From contig OX597836.1 of NCBI GenBank assembly GCA_951406725.2, positions 4,960,001 to 5,024,000 of the forward strand: 64,000 bases of DNA. Direction: 5' to 3'. A program made the translations under genes and the position numbers. The notes below the pieces were generated by a model. The model saw only the letters and a list, made by a program, of their open reading frames with translations. It was not told the DNA's origin and made no database searches. Numbering within the stretch: position 1 is the stretch's first letter; the number at the start of each line of letters is the position of its first letter. Shown one piece after another: positions 14,161 through 28,094 of the stretch. Origin of the DNA: Octopus vulgaris (taxonomy: Eukaryota).

Positions 14161-15139
14161 GCATCAGTTGTAGCGGCAGCGTTAGCAGCTGCATCATAAA
14201 TCTGATGTTTAGTGTAACAGGTTAGAATATATTCCTTTCATTTAGGATCCTGTGTTGTTATTTGACAGCGGTTGACTATCGTATCTAGTAGATCAAGCTA
14301 CAACGACGGCCTTCTTTTATTGGTTGTTGTTACTTTCTTTAATTCTCATATTCGTTTCCCACGTTCGCATAAATTCTAATTTAATGTATTTCCACACCTC
14401 GGCTTGTGTTGTTTTGTCAGCGAAATTGTATTAGAAAGACGGGTTTATTTCACAATGTAACAAGTGAGATCTGTATTTCCTTCAACATAATACTGCCCCA
14501 TAATCAATTTGATAATCGCATCAAGACCAGTCGTAATTCAATAAAGTTTAAACATAACTGACTTTCATTTACGCAGCCAGAGGTTATTTCCTTACCGGGA
14601 ACAGTAGAACAGCTGCCCTCGAAGTGTGAAATCAATAGATAGTTTAGTAGCATATATGTATCCCAGATGTAAAATGGAGAAATATACGACTGGATATCTA
14701 AGGCGAATCTATCAGTTTAGACAGATTTAAGATGGCGATAGGAAATTCACCACCAAGTTTGTTATTTTAAGTGTACAGGTTGTATCTCAAGTGCTGAGCA
14801 GAACATAAAATCAAATTATGTATTACAGTATTATTACACTATATCACAAGGAAGTCGTATTGCAAGGTAAATGAAAGTGTGAGTAGCATGTTGCTTCAAG
14901 AAGCTTTTGTCGGTGTTAGCCGCAAATTCAATGATATATGATTACATTTCTTAGTTTGAAACGTGGTTAAAATGACATCACTGTGCTGATATCAATTATG
15001 TAACTCCGGTATTTCTTACGTTGGTCATCATTTGGTTGATATACGCTCTATCTATCTATCTAACTCTTTATCTATCTATATCTTTATCATTCTATCTATC
15101 TCTTTATCTATCTCTTTATCCATCTATCTATAAATATAA

Positions 15140-15173
<34 letters not shown>

Positions 15174-15354
15174 CCATCCATCTATCTTTCTATCTATCTA
15201 TATAAATATATATGATTTTGATTTTGATTTTTCCAGTTTCAGCTAATGAGCTGTGGCCATATATTTAGCTATCTATCTATCTATCTATATCTATCTATCT
15301 ATTTATCTATATAAATATATATATATATATATTTATCTATCTATCTATCCATCC

Positions 15355-15416
<62 letters not shown>

Positions 15417-15447
15417 TTATCTATCTAACTATCTATCTATCTATTTC

Positions 15448-15478
<31 letters not shown>

Positions 15479-15499
15479 GTCTCTCTGCCTATCTATCTC

Positions 15500-15616
15500 A
15501 ACCACATGGTTCCGGGTTATTTCCCACCTTCGGCAAGTGTTTTCTTCTATAGCCTCGAACCGACCAAATGATTGTAAGTGGATTTGGTAGACGGAAACTG
15601 AAAGAAGCTCATTATA

Positions 15617-15681
<65 letters not shown>

Positions 15682-15920
15682 TTGTCTTTGTGTCTAGGTA
15701 TCACCCCACCACCACCACCACCACAACCACCACAACTACCATCACAACTGCTATCACTTGACAACCCATGTTTGTGCATTTACGTCCCCGTAATTTATGA
15801 GTTCGGCAAAAGAGAGCGATAGGAAAAGCACCAAGCTCATGGTCGAATTCTTCGACTAAAATGTGGTGCTCCAGCATGGCCACAGTGAAATGACTGAGAC
15901 AAGTAAAGGAATAAAAGAAT
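15500..15920 (+). mobile_element. CORE-type tRNA-derived SINE (family B, OR-like), 5' truncated
   Basis: CACCTTCGGCAAGTGTTTTCT core, GGATTTGGTAGACGGAAACTGAAAGAAG, internal microsatellite and tail GGTGCTCCAGCATGGCCACAG. Confidence 0.8.
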
Positions 15921-15947
15921 ACATGGTATATAAGAGACTGGACCGTT

Positions 15948-16341
15948 CACTCTGTCGGTTACGACGATGAGGGTTCGAGTTCATACGATTTACGGGACAA
16001 CCTACTCGTGAAATTAATTTACAACTGGCTGAGTACTCCATTGACACGCGTATCCTCAACTTAGCTCTCGTAGAGATTCAGCGTGACACAGAGTGGGACA
16101 AGGCTGGCCTTCTGCATTACAGCTACAACTTATTTTTGCCAGCTGAGTAGATTGGAGCAATGTGAAATAAAGTGTCTTGCTCAAGGACAGAATTCATAAC
16201 CAGGAATTGAGCCAGCTGAATGGACTGGAGCACCGTGTAATAAAGTGTCTTGCTGAAGGATACAACGCATCGCCAAGAATTGAACTTACGACCTTACGAT
16301 CATGAGCAGAATGTGCTAAACACAAAGCCAGGCGCCTTCAC
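15948..16341 (-). mobile_element. CORE-type SINE (family C) with an internally duplicated core
   Basis: AAGTGTCTTGCTCAAGGA and AAGTGTCTTGCTGAAGGA (reverse CORE) occur twice, with a tRNA-like head at 16280-16341. Confidence 0.75.
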
Positions 16342-16431
16342 ACGCACTCACACACATACACAAATATATATTCTCTTATTCTCTTATATGTTTCAGTCCA
16401 ATGACTGTGGTCATGCTGGAGCACCGCCATT

Positions 16432-16630
16432 GTAATCATATTTCCACTTTCCACCTTTGTCAGAGCGGCTTTTGATGAAGGATGGAGTTCGATGCCACTG
16501 CCCTCTTTTGAGTTTCTTGCATAGATATTGGCTCAATATTGGCTCATCCGGGATCTCGGCAAGCCAGAGGTCAAGTTCACGTTTGAAAACGTCTACATCC
16601 ACTCCATAGAGGCTCCTCACGTGCTTCCGA
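16432..16630 (-). mobile_element. CR1/L2-type LINE ORF2 C-terminal fragment and 3' end
   Basis: Peptide RSLYGVDVDVFKRELDLWLAEIPDEP, a typical FKxxLDxxLxxxPDEP ending. Confidence 0.75.
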
Positions 16631-17154
16631 ATTAATGCAACATAAACAATGCACAGCTGGGTTGATATAACCGAAGTATGTGCAACAATATCAAAATACT
16701 ATAACAGACAGGATTTAAATATTTAAATTTCAGTTGGAAGGAACTATAATTCTAAATATCTTCAATGAGTGTTCACTGATATTAATGTTAATGTTAATGT
16801 TAATGTTAATATTAATATTCTAGGTATTGGACTATTAGCTGTATCTTTGAATTCTGTAATATTTGAAATATCTACACTAATTTCAATAAATATAGTCTCT
16901 GATTTCCATTATTGATGTTGCGCTCCTTATATGGTTATGTCTTTCTAAATTAAATGTAGAAATATGCGTTTCTTATTCCCAACGCCAATCACGCAGACAT
17001 ATTTAATTTTATATCACTTTTTTTTATATACATATGAAACAACATCCATATTTAAAGGACGTCAGATTGTTCGTTGCTTAGAACAGGCGCTGAAATACAC
17101 ACAAACACGCACACATATACACACATACAGTGAGAGAGAGAGAGAGGTAAACAG

Positions 17155-17210
<56 letters not shown>

Positions 17211-17215
<5 letters not shown>

Positions 17216-17702
17216 CTTTCACATCCCACTTAATTTGAATGTATTGCTTCATACGCCGTAAACTGCGGTAATCGTCCTGAGAACATAAAATAACTGGTCA
17301 GCGATGTCGCAATAAAACTCACTCACACACTTACACACACACAGTTACACACACACAGACACTTACACATGCATACACACAGACTGACACATACACACAC
17401 GTATAGTGTGGCACACATACATATATATTTACTTTCATATCCAACTTAACTTGAATGCATTGCTTCATACGCCGCAAACTGCGGTAATCGTCCCGAGAAC
17501 AATAAATAAATGGTCAGCGATGTCGCAATAAAATTTACACACCAACACAGCCACAGACACACACACGCATTTACACACACACATAGACTTATACATACAT
17601 ACACACATAGTGTGGCACACATACATATATATTTACTTTCACATCCAACTTAACTTGAATCTATTGCTTCATACGTCGTAAACTGCGGCAATCATCCCGA
17701 CA
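17211..17702. repeat. Three tandem ~204-216-bp units, each a conserved block plus an (AC)-rich spacer
   Basis: ATTTACTTTCA.ATCC.ACTTAA.TTGAAT..ATTGCTTCATACG.CG.AAACTGCGG starts at 17211, 17427 and 17631. Confidence 0.9.
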
Positions 17703-18172
17703 ATTCATCTCATATGGTCAATAAATGCTAAAAAGTACAGATTATATTCGGCAGGCGAAATTTCCTCAGAACCGGCATATAGAACTGCTGTATCGTGTGA
17801 GTTCAGAGTAGTTTGTGTTTCCATCGTAACCGCTACTCAACCACAGAATGCCAGATCCAAATCCCACCACAAAATTATGATTTAGCATTATATAACTAGT
17901 CAGTGATGTCGCAAATAAAAAAAAAACTGGTGGCCTGTGTATAAATTTGCTTTTAGCGACCAAAAAGATTTTGATCTAGCATTCGATAGATTCTGAGCAA
18001 ATTTAAATTCCATTGAACTCACAAATTTACAAGAGTTCCATCGGCCGGTTCTGTAGATAATATTCTGCCTATAGAAACTACTCATTACATCTTAAGAGGG
18101 ATGTACAATTTCCTATTCCACGCCTAGGTTGCCTCAGCTACTAATAGCACACACACACATGTATATAAACTC

Positions 18173-18203
<31 letters not shown>

Positions 18204-18239
18204 CGCACATGTATGCATATCTATGTATCTACTTGAATG

Positions 18240-18380
<141 letters not shown>

Positions 18381-19069
18381 GTGTGTGTGTCTGTATGTAT
18401 GCGATCGAGTATTTGGTTCTGAAAAGTTCCCATTTTGTATTTCCATCAATTATGGAAATAACATTCCATAACTGTAGATGATTGCCTTTTTTCACACCTT
18501 ATAAATCCTTCCTCTACTGACGTCGGTAATTTTCCTTTCATTAAGGTTCTTTGAAGTTCTCCTGTCCTGACTTTTAGGGGCTTCCAGGTTTCCCTTTTAT
18601 GTCGCTCTTTGGAAATTTTCGGCATGATTTAGATGGTGTTTCTGATACGTTGGCGATTCATGTTTGGCTTTTACTTTCTGCTAGAAGTCTACCAAAAATA
18701 CAGAGATAGCAATCAATGTCGAAGTGAGGCCATTATATGTGCTATATTCTGTGAATGTCTCATAAAATCGCTTGATGCGAACGACATAATTAACATGGAG
18801 TTTTAGATGAAAAATATAGAGCAAAAATATATAGCAAAAATTTTTTAAAGTAACGAAGAAAAATACCAGCTTTTAGTCTGCGGTTCTTGTGATTCTGCTT
18901 GCTCTGCTATTATTGTTGTTGTTGTTATTTAACCCCCCCCCCCCTCTCAACACATATGGGTCTCATCCACCCAAAAATTTCGAGTGGGTTACCGCTTTTT
19001 GACTATCCCGTATTCTTCGCTAAATACAGGTTACCTACGATCAAAGCGTCATTTTCTAAAGCTTTTCTT

Positions 19070-19228
19070 TTATTCTTCTTTTTCTTGTTTCAGTCATTTT
19101 ACTACGGCCATGCTGGAGCACTGCCTTTAGTCGAACAAATCGACTCCAGGACTTATTCTTGGGAAGGTCTGTACTTATTCTATAATCTCTTCATGAAGCG
19201 ATGATGGGGAGATACACACAGTCACAGC

Positions 19229-19300
<72 letters not shown>

Positions 19301-19525
19301 GTGTGTGTGTGTGTAAGTTTAGCTGAGTTAGTGGTCCAAATAACCTTCTAAGGGATAGAAGAATCCATTACAGTCTGTGACGGGCTTCTTTCAGTTACCG
19401 TTTACCATATCCATTCACAAAGATTTGGTCGACCCAAGGCTATAGTAGAAGACGCTTGTGCAAAGTGGGACTGAACCCGGAACCATGTGGTTGGGAAGCA
19501 AGCTTCTTGCCGCACGGCCATGCCT
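19070..19525 (-). mobile_element. SINE family B
   Basis: Reverse of 36736-37150: GTTTCAGTCATTT..GGCCATGCTGGAGCAC ... GGGACTGAACCCGGAACCATGTGGTT. Confidence 0.8.
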
Positions 19526-19661
19526 GAGCTGGGAGTGTTACGTATTGATTTTACAAGCTTGAGAGAGGTTGAATTTGAGCCAGGTGTGTTCGCCCTGTCC
19601 ACTTGTTTAAACATGGGACACATACTATTCCTAACATACCATTTCCCAACCACTGATAGCT

Positions 19662-20070
19662 TATTCTTTTACTTGTTTCAGTCATTTGTCGGGGGCCATG
19701 TTGGAGCACCGCTTTGAGGGGTTTTTGTCGAACGAATCGACTCCAAGGTATATTTCTTCAGCCTAGCGCTTATTGTATCGGTCACTTGTGCCGAAACAAT
19801 AAATTACAGAGGCGTGAACATATAACACCGGTTATCTTGTGGTAATGAGGGATAAACACAGATACAGAGACAAACACACATAGATCTATACCTATTGACA
19901 TGAATACACAGCGGGCTTCTTTCAGTTACCGTCTACAAAATCCACTTAAAAGGCTTTGGTCAGCCCGAAGCTCTAGGAGAAGACAGTTGCTCCAGGGGCC
20001 ACGCAATTAAACTGAACGCGGAACCATGTCATTTGGAAGCAATTTTCATCCTAATCAACCACGCGTGCGC
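19662..20070 (-). mobile_element. SINE family B, diverged
   Basis: Same landmarks as 19070-19525. Confidence 0.8.
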
Positions 20071-20166
20071 TTATGTAAAATACTTGCAGAGCTGCCGCCA
20101 TCTCTTGTGTCCATGAAATCGGGGAGTTTTCCTCTGTCTTATTACCTTTATTTTCTCCTCTTGCAG

Positions 20167-20184
20167 CCCACTGTAATTAATGGC
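20167..20184 (+). CDS. Candidate 18-nt microexon (PTVING)
   Basis: Long polypyrimidine tract ending tttattttctcctcttgcAG and consensus donor GTGAGT. Only frame 0 is stop-free. Confidence 0.4.
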
Positions 20185-20396
20185 GTGAGTCGCGCGAGAG
20201 TCCGATGACAAAATAGTGTTGAAGCATTCGATGTTTTATCAAAACATTCCATAGCGACTGCTCCTTTATTTAAACGAATTCATGCGGAGTACATCGTATT
20301 ACTGCTCAAGCTGAAGCCCCTAACAGTATCCATAACCCACACCATTCTTAAAGTAGTTTCTCTTGTTGCTATTGAAGTCCCTTACAGTTACATATA

Positions 20397-20625
20397 TATT
20401 TCTTTATTGCCCACAAGGGGCTAAACATAGAGGGGACAAACAAGGACAGACATAGGTATTAAGTCGATTACATCGACCCTAGTGCGTAACTGGTACTTAA
20501 TGAATCGACCCCGAAAGGATGAAAGGCAAAGTCGACCTCGGCGGAATTTGAACTCGCGTTACGGCAGACGAAATACCGCTAAGCATTTCGCCCGGCGTTA
20601 TAACCTTTCTGCCAGCTCGCTGCTT
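20397..20625 (-). mobile_element. SINE family A, full length
   Basis: Reverse-complement match to 127-360. Confidence 0.92.
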
Positions 20626-20957
20626 TACAGTTACATATATCTTTTCGGTCCCAGCAAATATGAGCTAAAATCTGATACATTATCACTGTATCATACAACA
20701 TAGCAGACCTTAACTAAAGAGGTGAATGGTATTTTGTCGTTCAAAACATAATGGTGTTCTTTTTTTCTCAACGTGAATGCCTGTGTGTTATCCGCTTTCT
20801 CTATATTTCTATCTCATTCTCCAGATCTTTCTTTATCTCACTGATCGTCCTGCTATTTCTACACTTTTCTTATCTCACAAAATCTCTCACCGACCCGCCG
20901 AACAGCGAACATTAATCCTACAACTATACATTTATATTCTATAAATATATATTACGT

Positions 20958-21063
<106 letters not shown>

Positions 21064-21159
21064 ATATATGTATGTATATATATGTATATATATATATAGA
21101 GAGAGAGAGAGAGATAGATAAATAGATAGATAAATAGATATGATAAATACATAATATGC

Positions 21160-21222
<63 letters not shown>

Positions 21223-21293
21223 CATCAATACATACGTGCATGCATACACACACATACACACAAGCACACAAATACACAGGCACACACACGCAC

Positions 21294-21371
21294 AATTGCG
21301 AATGTACTCCGGTACTGTCCATTCCATATCGTGGAAGCTCGATTTGGTCCCTGATAGCATCTGATTGGCTG
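21294..21371 (-). CDS. Candidate 78-nt symmetric exon with a NAGNAG acceptor
   Basis: tctgttttaCAG CAG acceptor and GTGCGT donor. All three frames are open (e.g. [25 protein letters not shown] or [25 protein letters not shown]). Confidence 0.3.
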
Positions 21372-22043
21372 CTGTAAAACAGACATTTTACTTCATCAGT
21401 GATTATTAAGTAAGAAAAATTTCCAAAAAATATTTTTCAAAACAAAAAAGGGCAAAATTGAAAGAGACAAAAAATACATAAACGATACATGTTGTTATTG
21501 TTGTTGATGTTTATAGTCATGTCTTTGATAATCTTGTTGGCTCTAAAATAGATCTTCTCCCAGCTGCCGTAGATAATATTATTGCTTATCCTGTTGGTGT
21601 CCTCGTAGCAGCAACTAGATATATAATTACTGCAGTTGCTGCGATAGTGACGTCCATCTTGGGTTTTTTTTCCCTGTTGTTGTTGTTGTCTCTGATGGAT
21701 TTTATATTCTTGCTGTTATTGGTATATATGTACAAAAAAAAAATTAAGAAAAAGAATAGAATAGACAGTGTACAGATCTATAAATATTATCGTAAATGTC
21801 ATGGCTAGAAGGCAAATAGTAAGAACAAATTAAGCTATCGATAATATCCTTTTAGAGAACATCGTAAGCAAATACGGCAGAAGATTTAATGAGAAAGAAA
21901 TAGGCCCGAAATTGTAGAGTGAGATAAGGGTACAAGCTTGACTTGGTGTTTCATTTGGAGCTGAAAGCAAGATACGGGAGACACCGAAAAAGAACCTATA
22001 TATATGTGTGTGTGTCTGTGCGTATGCCAGTATGCACACACAC

Positions 22044-22082
<39 letters not shown>

Positions 22083-22340
22083 GATGTATATATATATAAA
22101 TATAGATATATATATATGTATGCATGCATTGATATATATGTACGTACATATACTTACATACATATTAATGTCTCTCTCGCATGCACACATTTAGATATAT
22201 GCAAATATAATCCCATAAACATGTATATATCTATATATCAATCAATATCTATCTATCTATACATGCATATATACATATATATAAATATATACACACATAT
22301 ATATATATATATATATCTTTATGCACATACACACTCACGA

Positions 22341-22372
<32 letters not shown>

Positions 22373-23032
22373 GTAAATATATATGCGTAGTTTTATGAAC
22401 GTGTGTATATATTTGTTTATATTGCAATATTGCCTTTTACACATGATGTAAATAAACATCTATGTGGACGGTTGTCATTCATGGAGTGTGTAAACGCATG
22501 CCTTTGAGTGTATACCTGCATTTGTATGCATGTTTGACATAATCGATTCACACATTATACATCCTTAGCATTTATATGCTTGTTGAAAACGAAAAATAAA
22601 AAAGGAAAAGCAACAAAAAGTAAAAACCAAACAACAAAAACTGCAACAGGATGTCAAATAAAAAATGGCCGCTTATATTTATAGTTTTACCGTATTTTGT
22701 TATTTTTCGTGTGGTTTTTATTCAAGCAAATCCGGTAATCGGTGTTTCAACTTGTTTATTGCGTGCCTACATTTAGCATATCCATTATATTATTTTCCGA
22801 TAATTCAATAACTATGCATTTCTGTACATATATGCATATGTATAGAGGCATCTGTATATATATATGTAAGTCTATATGTATTTATCTATGATGTATATAC
22901 GTATATATACATACATACACACTCACATATATATATGTATATATATATATATATTTATGTGTGTGTTTATACATATATATATATAAGGTATTTGTATGCA
23001 GGTATGTATGTATGTATGTATGTATGTATATG

Positions 23033-23092
<60 letters not shown>

Positions 23093-23390
23093 CATATATA
23101 TATATATCGCTACGCGCTCATATACATTCAGACACAAGATCATATACATATATACCTACACATCGATATGCTTGTGTGTAAGTTGTGCAAGTGCGTGCGT
23201 ATATATACATATGCATATATATGCTTTTGTGCATATATATACATACAATATATATGTACAAATATATGTATAATATATATTTAAGCGTATATATATATGC
23301 ATACGTTTTTATGTACATATATACACATATGTATATATATATATATATGTGTGTGTGCGTTTGTATATGTATATATATGCATGCATATAC

Positions 23391-23437
<47 letters not shown>

Positions 23438-23965
23438 TATATGTATATATATATATGGATATATATCTATATCTATATATATATATTTGTGTGTGTCTGT
23501 GTACATACACATGTAAATATACGTACATGCATACATACGCATACATACATATATATATATATGCATACATGTATATACATATACAGGTCTGTGTGCATCG
23601 CTGTGTACGTGTTATAAGTTGACACGTGTAGCTGTGCAAGGTTTGGGTTTAATTTAAGAAGATATAATCGTTTTGTGAACAGCCGAAACGAGGAGAATTG
23701 TGGTGCATTTGGTTTTTAATGTTCAGCGTTAGAGTTGTGTAAAAAGGCTTTATTTTATCGCTTGCTTAATGCATACATATATAATGGCCTCTTAGATAGA
23801 TTGTAAAGGAAATTTAATAAATATAAGACGAAAGACAGCCGTCAATAACACCACCGTTCCTTCACCAACGCCATCTTCCTCGCACTTCACCTAAAAGCCG
23901 CCATCTTAGCAGGAAAGTTAATAAATTGTTTCAAAAAATAAATGATTGATACAGAAGTTAATAGA

Positions 23966-24093
<128 letters not shown>

Positions 24094-24780
24094 CTATATA
24101 TACATATATATATAAATGTATAAATGCATATACATATATACAACTACATATATATAAATACACACAGGCAACCGCATACATACGCATATGTATTTGCATA
24201 TATATATAAATATACGTATAATTATATATGCTGATGTATATATATATATATATATACACACACACATATATACATATGTATATATATGTATATATGTATC
24301 TCCTTATATGCATACATATATAAGTGTGTGTGTATCAATATATATGTGTCTATATTTATCGACATATATACGCACATAAATATGCATATATATATATATA
24401 TATATATATACATACACATATATATATATACATACACGTACACACACACACACACACACATATATATATGCATGCAATAAAAACATTACACAAAGACAGA
24501 GAAGGGGATAAAACATGAAAAATGTAAAGAATAGGAAAATATATTAAGAGACAGTAAAAACAAAAGAGTCACGTTGCAATAAAGGAATAAAGTGTAGAAA
24601 AAAAAACTATAAAGAAACAAAGAGTGAGGAAAAACAACAAACAAAATAAAGAAGAAACAATTCAAAACTAAACATAAAACGAAACTAAAACAAAAGTGAT
24701 TAAACGGCGAAGGAGAACACGAAGCACATGGATATATAAGTAAAATAGATTGAAATTTAAATAAAATGTTATGCATATCA

Positions 24781-24813
<33 letters not shown>

Positions 24814-24973
24814 TGTGTTTGACTGTGTGTGTGCATGTATATGTGTGTGTTTCTATACGCGTATGCGTGTGTCAGGGAGAGAGTACGTATATAGAGACAC
24901 ATTGACACACGGAATGCGAAAGATCTACATATGCAAAATACACGTATATGTCGCATGTATATACATATGCATG

Positions 24974-25022
<49 letters not shown>

Positions 25023-25168
25023 CACATCTATGCATTTTCATACTACTAAAAAGATGTATATGTATGCATAGTTATATATATATATATATATATATACATA
25101 TATATATTCATTTACATATACACATATATATCTATATATGCACATATATATCTATATATATCTATATA

Positions 25169-25219
<51 letters not shown>

Positions 25220-25336
25220 GCATATATAGATTTGTATAATTATGCATGCATATATATGTGTGTATGTCTACATATATGTGACGTATATACGTTTTGTACG
25301 TAAATATATCTTAATATTTATTATCCCTAGATAAAC

Positions 25337-25376
<40 letters not shown>

Positions 25377-25682
25377 TAGGAAAATTTGAAAAAAGCAGCA
25401 TACGAGCACGATAATTGCATAAGAGATAATTTACTAAGATCGATATAATAGACTTTCATATATATATATCTATGTACACACACACACACACAGACACATA
25501 CACGCGCATAGACAATATATATATTTTACTTGTACATAACTGTTGACATAATTCTCTATAGAAAAAACGAGACACACAACCCGCATACACACCTACAATA
25601 ACGGATTTTGTGTATCCCTTTCTCGGTCACTCTCTCTCTCTCTCTCTCTGTCTATCTCTACCTCCCTACCCAACATAGTTGG

Positions 25683-25724
<42 letters not shown>

Positions 25725-25810
25725 TTAAGTATGAGTGTATACGTGCTTTTTATACATAAATATATATGCAATATATATGTAAATATATGTTACATGAATA
25801 TATATATATC

Positions 25811-25913
<103 letters not shown>

Positions 25914-26481
25914 GAGCGTGTGTCATTCAGGCAACGAGGTTGAGAGGAATGTTTTATGTAAATGTGTATATGTGTATGCTTGTGTGTGTATGTGTGCGTT
26001 TTTTTGAATTATTTCTCGTAACTGAAATGTAAGTATCTCCATGAATATATTATCATACATAATGAACGCTGTGCACATCATTAGAAAATTGCATTTTTCC
26101 CATTTACTTACTCATATCAAAACATGCAAATTCCATTTACACGCCAGAACACCGCGCGGTATTGAAATCCACTCATTTAAAGGCATAAAGTACTACAGAT
26201 GCCACCGACGCTTTGAGGCGCTGACAACTTACTTTGCATTTAAATGTGGTTCTGGGGAAACTGCATCAACATATTTCCTGCAAATGAATTCACAGATGAA
26301 AGCAATTGCATTTGTCATTCATCAGGCAAGAGTAAGGCGTGCGTCAGTTTCAGGTAATGAATTAGAATCTACTCCGCAGTTAGAGTATTTACAAACCCCT
26401 ATACTTGCTTTCTTTCCCGCTCGTTTTATACACGCACGCTTGCACGCACACTCACACACACACACATCTATCTACCTGCAA

Positions 26482-26526
<45 letters not shown>

Positions 26527-26612
26527 CCTATCTATACCTATATATATATATATATATATATCCATCGATCTATCTATCTATCTATCTATCTATCTGTCTA
26601 TCTATCTATCTA

Positions 26613-26651
<39 letters not shown>

Positions 26652-26767
26652 AACTATCTATCTATCTATCTATCTATCTACGATCCCTATTAATCGGCTT
26701 CCCCTTTGTTCTTTTTTTTTTCACGACCACTTTTATCGAAATTATATCCCTTATTAGACAGACAAAC

Positions 26768-26880
<113 letters not shown>

Positions 26881-27250
26881 TGCGTGTTTGAAGGATAACG
26901 AACCTCTACTTGAGAGTGCACCTAGAATCTTCTCCTCTGAGGCACAAGTCCGAGCAAGATTGTTTTATGGCAGACCAGTGGTCCATGCATACCATCCTAC
27001 TCTCTCCACGTCACCGATGTGTTTAGCCCTCTTTGTGTAGCCCCTTGTGGGCAATAAAGAAATAAGAAATTCACACACTGACTGAAGACATCTTCCTTGA
27101 TCAAAATGAACATGTCTGAAACAACGTCTCAGAATTACTACCTTTCTATATCATCACAAAACTTCTTAATATCATTTATATTTTACACTAACTCTTATGT
27201 CCTATCTATGTATCTATATGTCTATCTATTTATCTATCTAACTAACTATC

Positions 27251-27294
<44 letters not shown>

Positions 27295-27297
27295 TAT

Positions 27298-27507
27298 CGG
27301 GGAGAATTCACAAAAAAAAGCAAAAGACGAAGACAGGTGGTGTAGACAACAAAGAGATATATTAGTATAAAGCTCAGGAAGTAAAAAAGTATTTAGCGTT
27401 TCGACACTACGCTCTTCCACAGAAAGGAACACAGAAAGAAACAAGGAGAGAAAATAAAGAGAGAAATTAAAGAATGTGTAGTGGGTAGCGATTTATCATG
27501 GCGAACA
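27298..27507 (-). mobile_element. ~200-bp hammerhead-family element with a mutated core (27392-27426)
   Basis: Minus strand reads CUUU CUGUGGA A GAGC GUAG UGUC GAAA CG CU AAA. Flanked by (TA)n and (CA)n. Confidence 0.7.
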
Positions 27508-28094
27508 CACACACACATATACATATATATAATTCAAATATTTTGCTAAATATTGGTAGTTGCTGCTCAGTGTTGTCAAGTATTGGCTCTTGCTTTGTTA
27601 TAGCTGTTCTAGTTGGTGTTTGGCTTTAAGACATCCTGCAGCGCATACCTGTGATCAATGGATTCCAGCTGTGAATATGGCGTATCTTTTCCTTACGTAC
27701 TGAGATGAATGCGCTTTTATTAAACCAAGGGCGATACGTTGCAAAATTATTAAAGAAGACATGAGATAGCAAGGAAGATGAAAATCTACGCAGCGTGAGT
27801 CATACAGGATCCAGATTCAAAGTGAACGCAAGCGGCTTTTGGATAATGAAAGCTGTTATTGTTTTTCTGGTGGTTGTAGTTATTAACATCAGATCTATTC
27901 GTATTTAGAAGACCAGTCAACAATTTATATCCAGCTGTGATCATCTTTACTTCAATTGAGTGCAAGTAACTTAGCACATTATTAACGATTATATAAATGT
28001 TCTTGGTCGAATGCTGGTGTATTGTCTGAGACTGTTCTTTACAGCACGACATTTAATGGAATGTAAAACTAGGAAACGTTAATAATAATATTGA

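Noticed and set aside
18494-18690. Minus-strand exon with a 43-codon ORF (MPKISKERHKRETW...)
   Set aside because: All frames from the acceptor contain stops and the donor is mediocre.
21294-21371. Meis/Homothorax N-terminus (ELPRYGMDS resembles ELPHYGMD)
   Set aside because: The similarity is too short, and neither the MAQRY start nor downstream Meis exons are seen.
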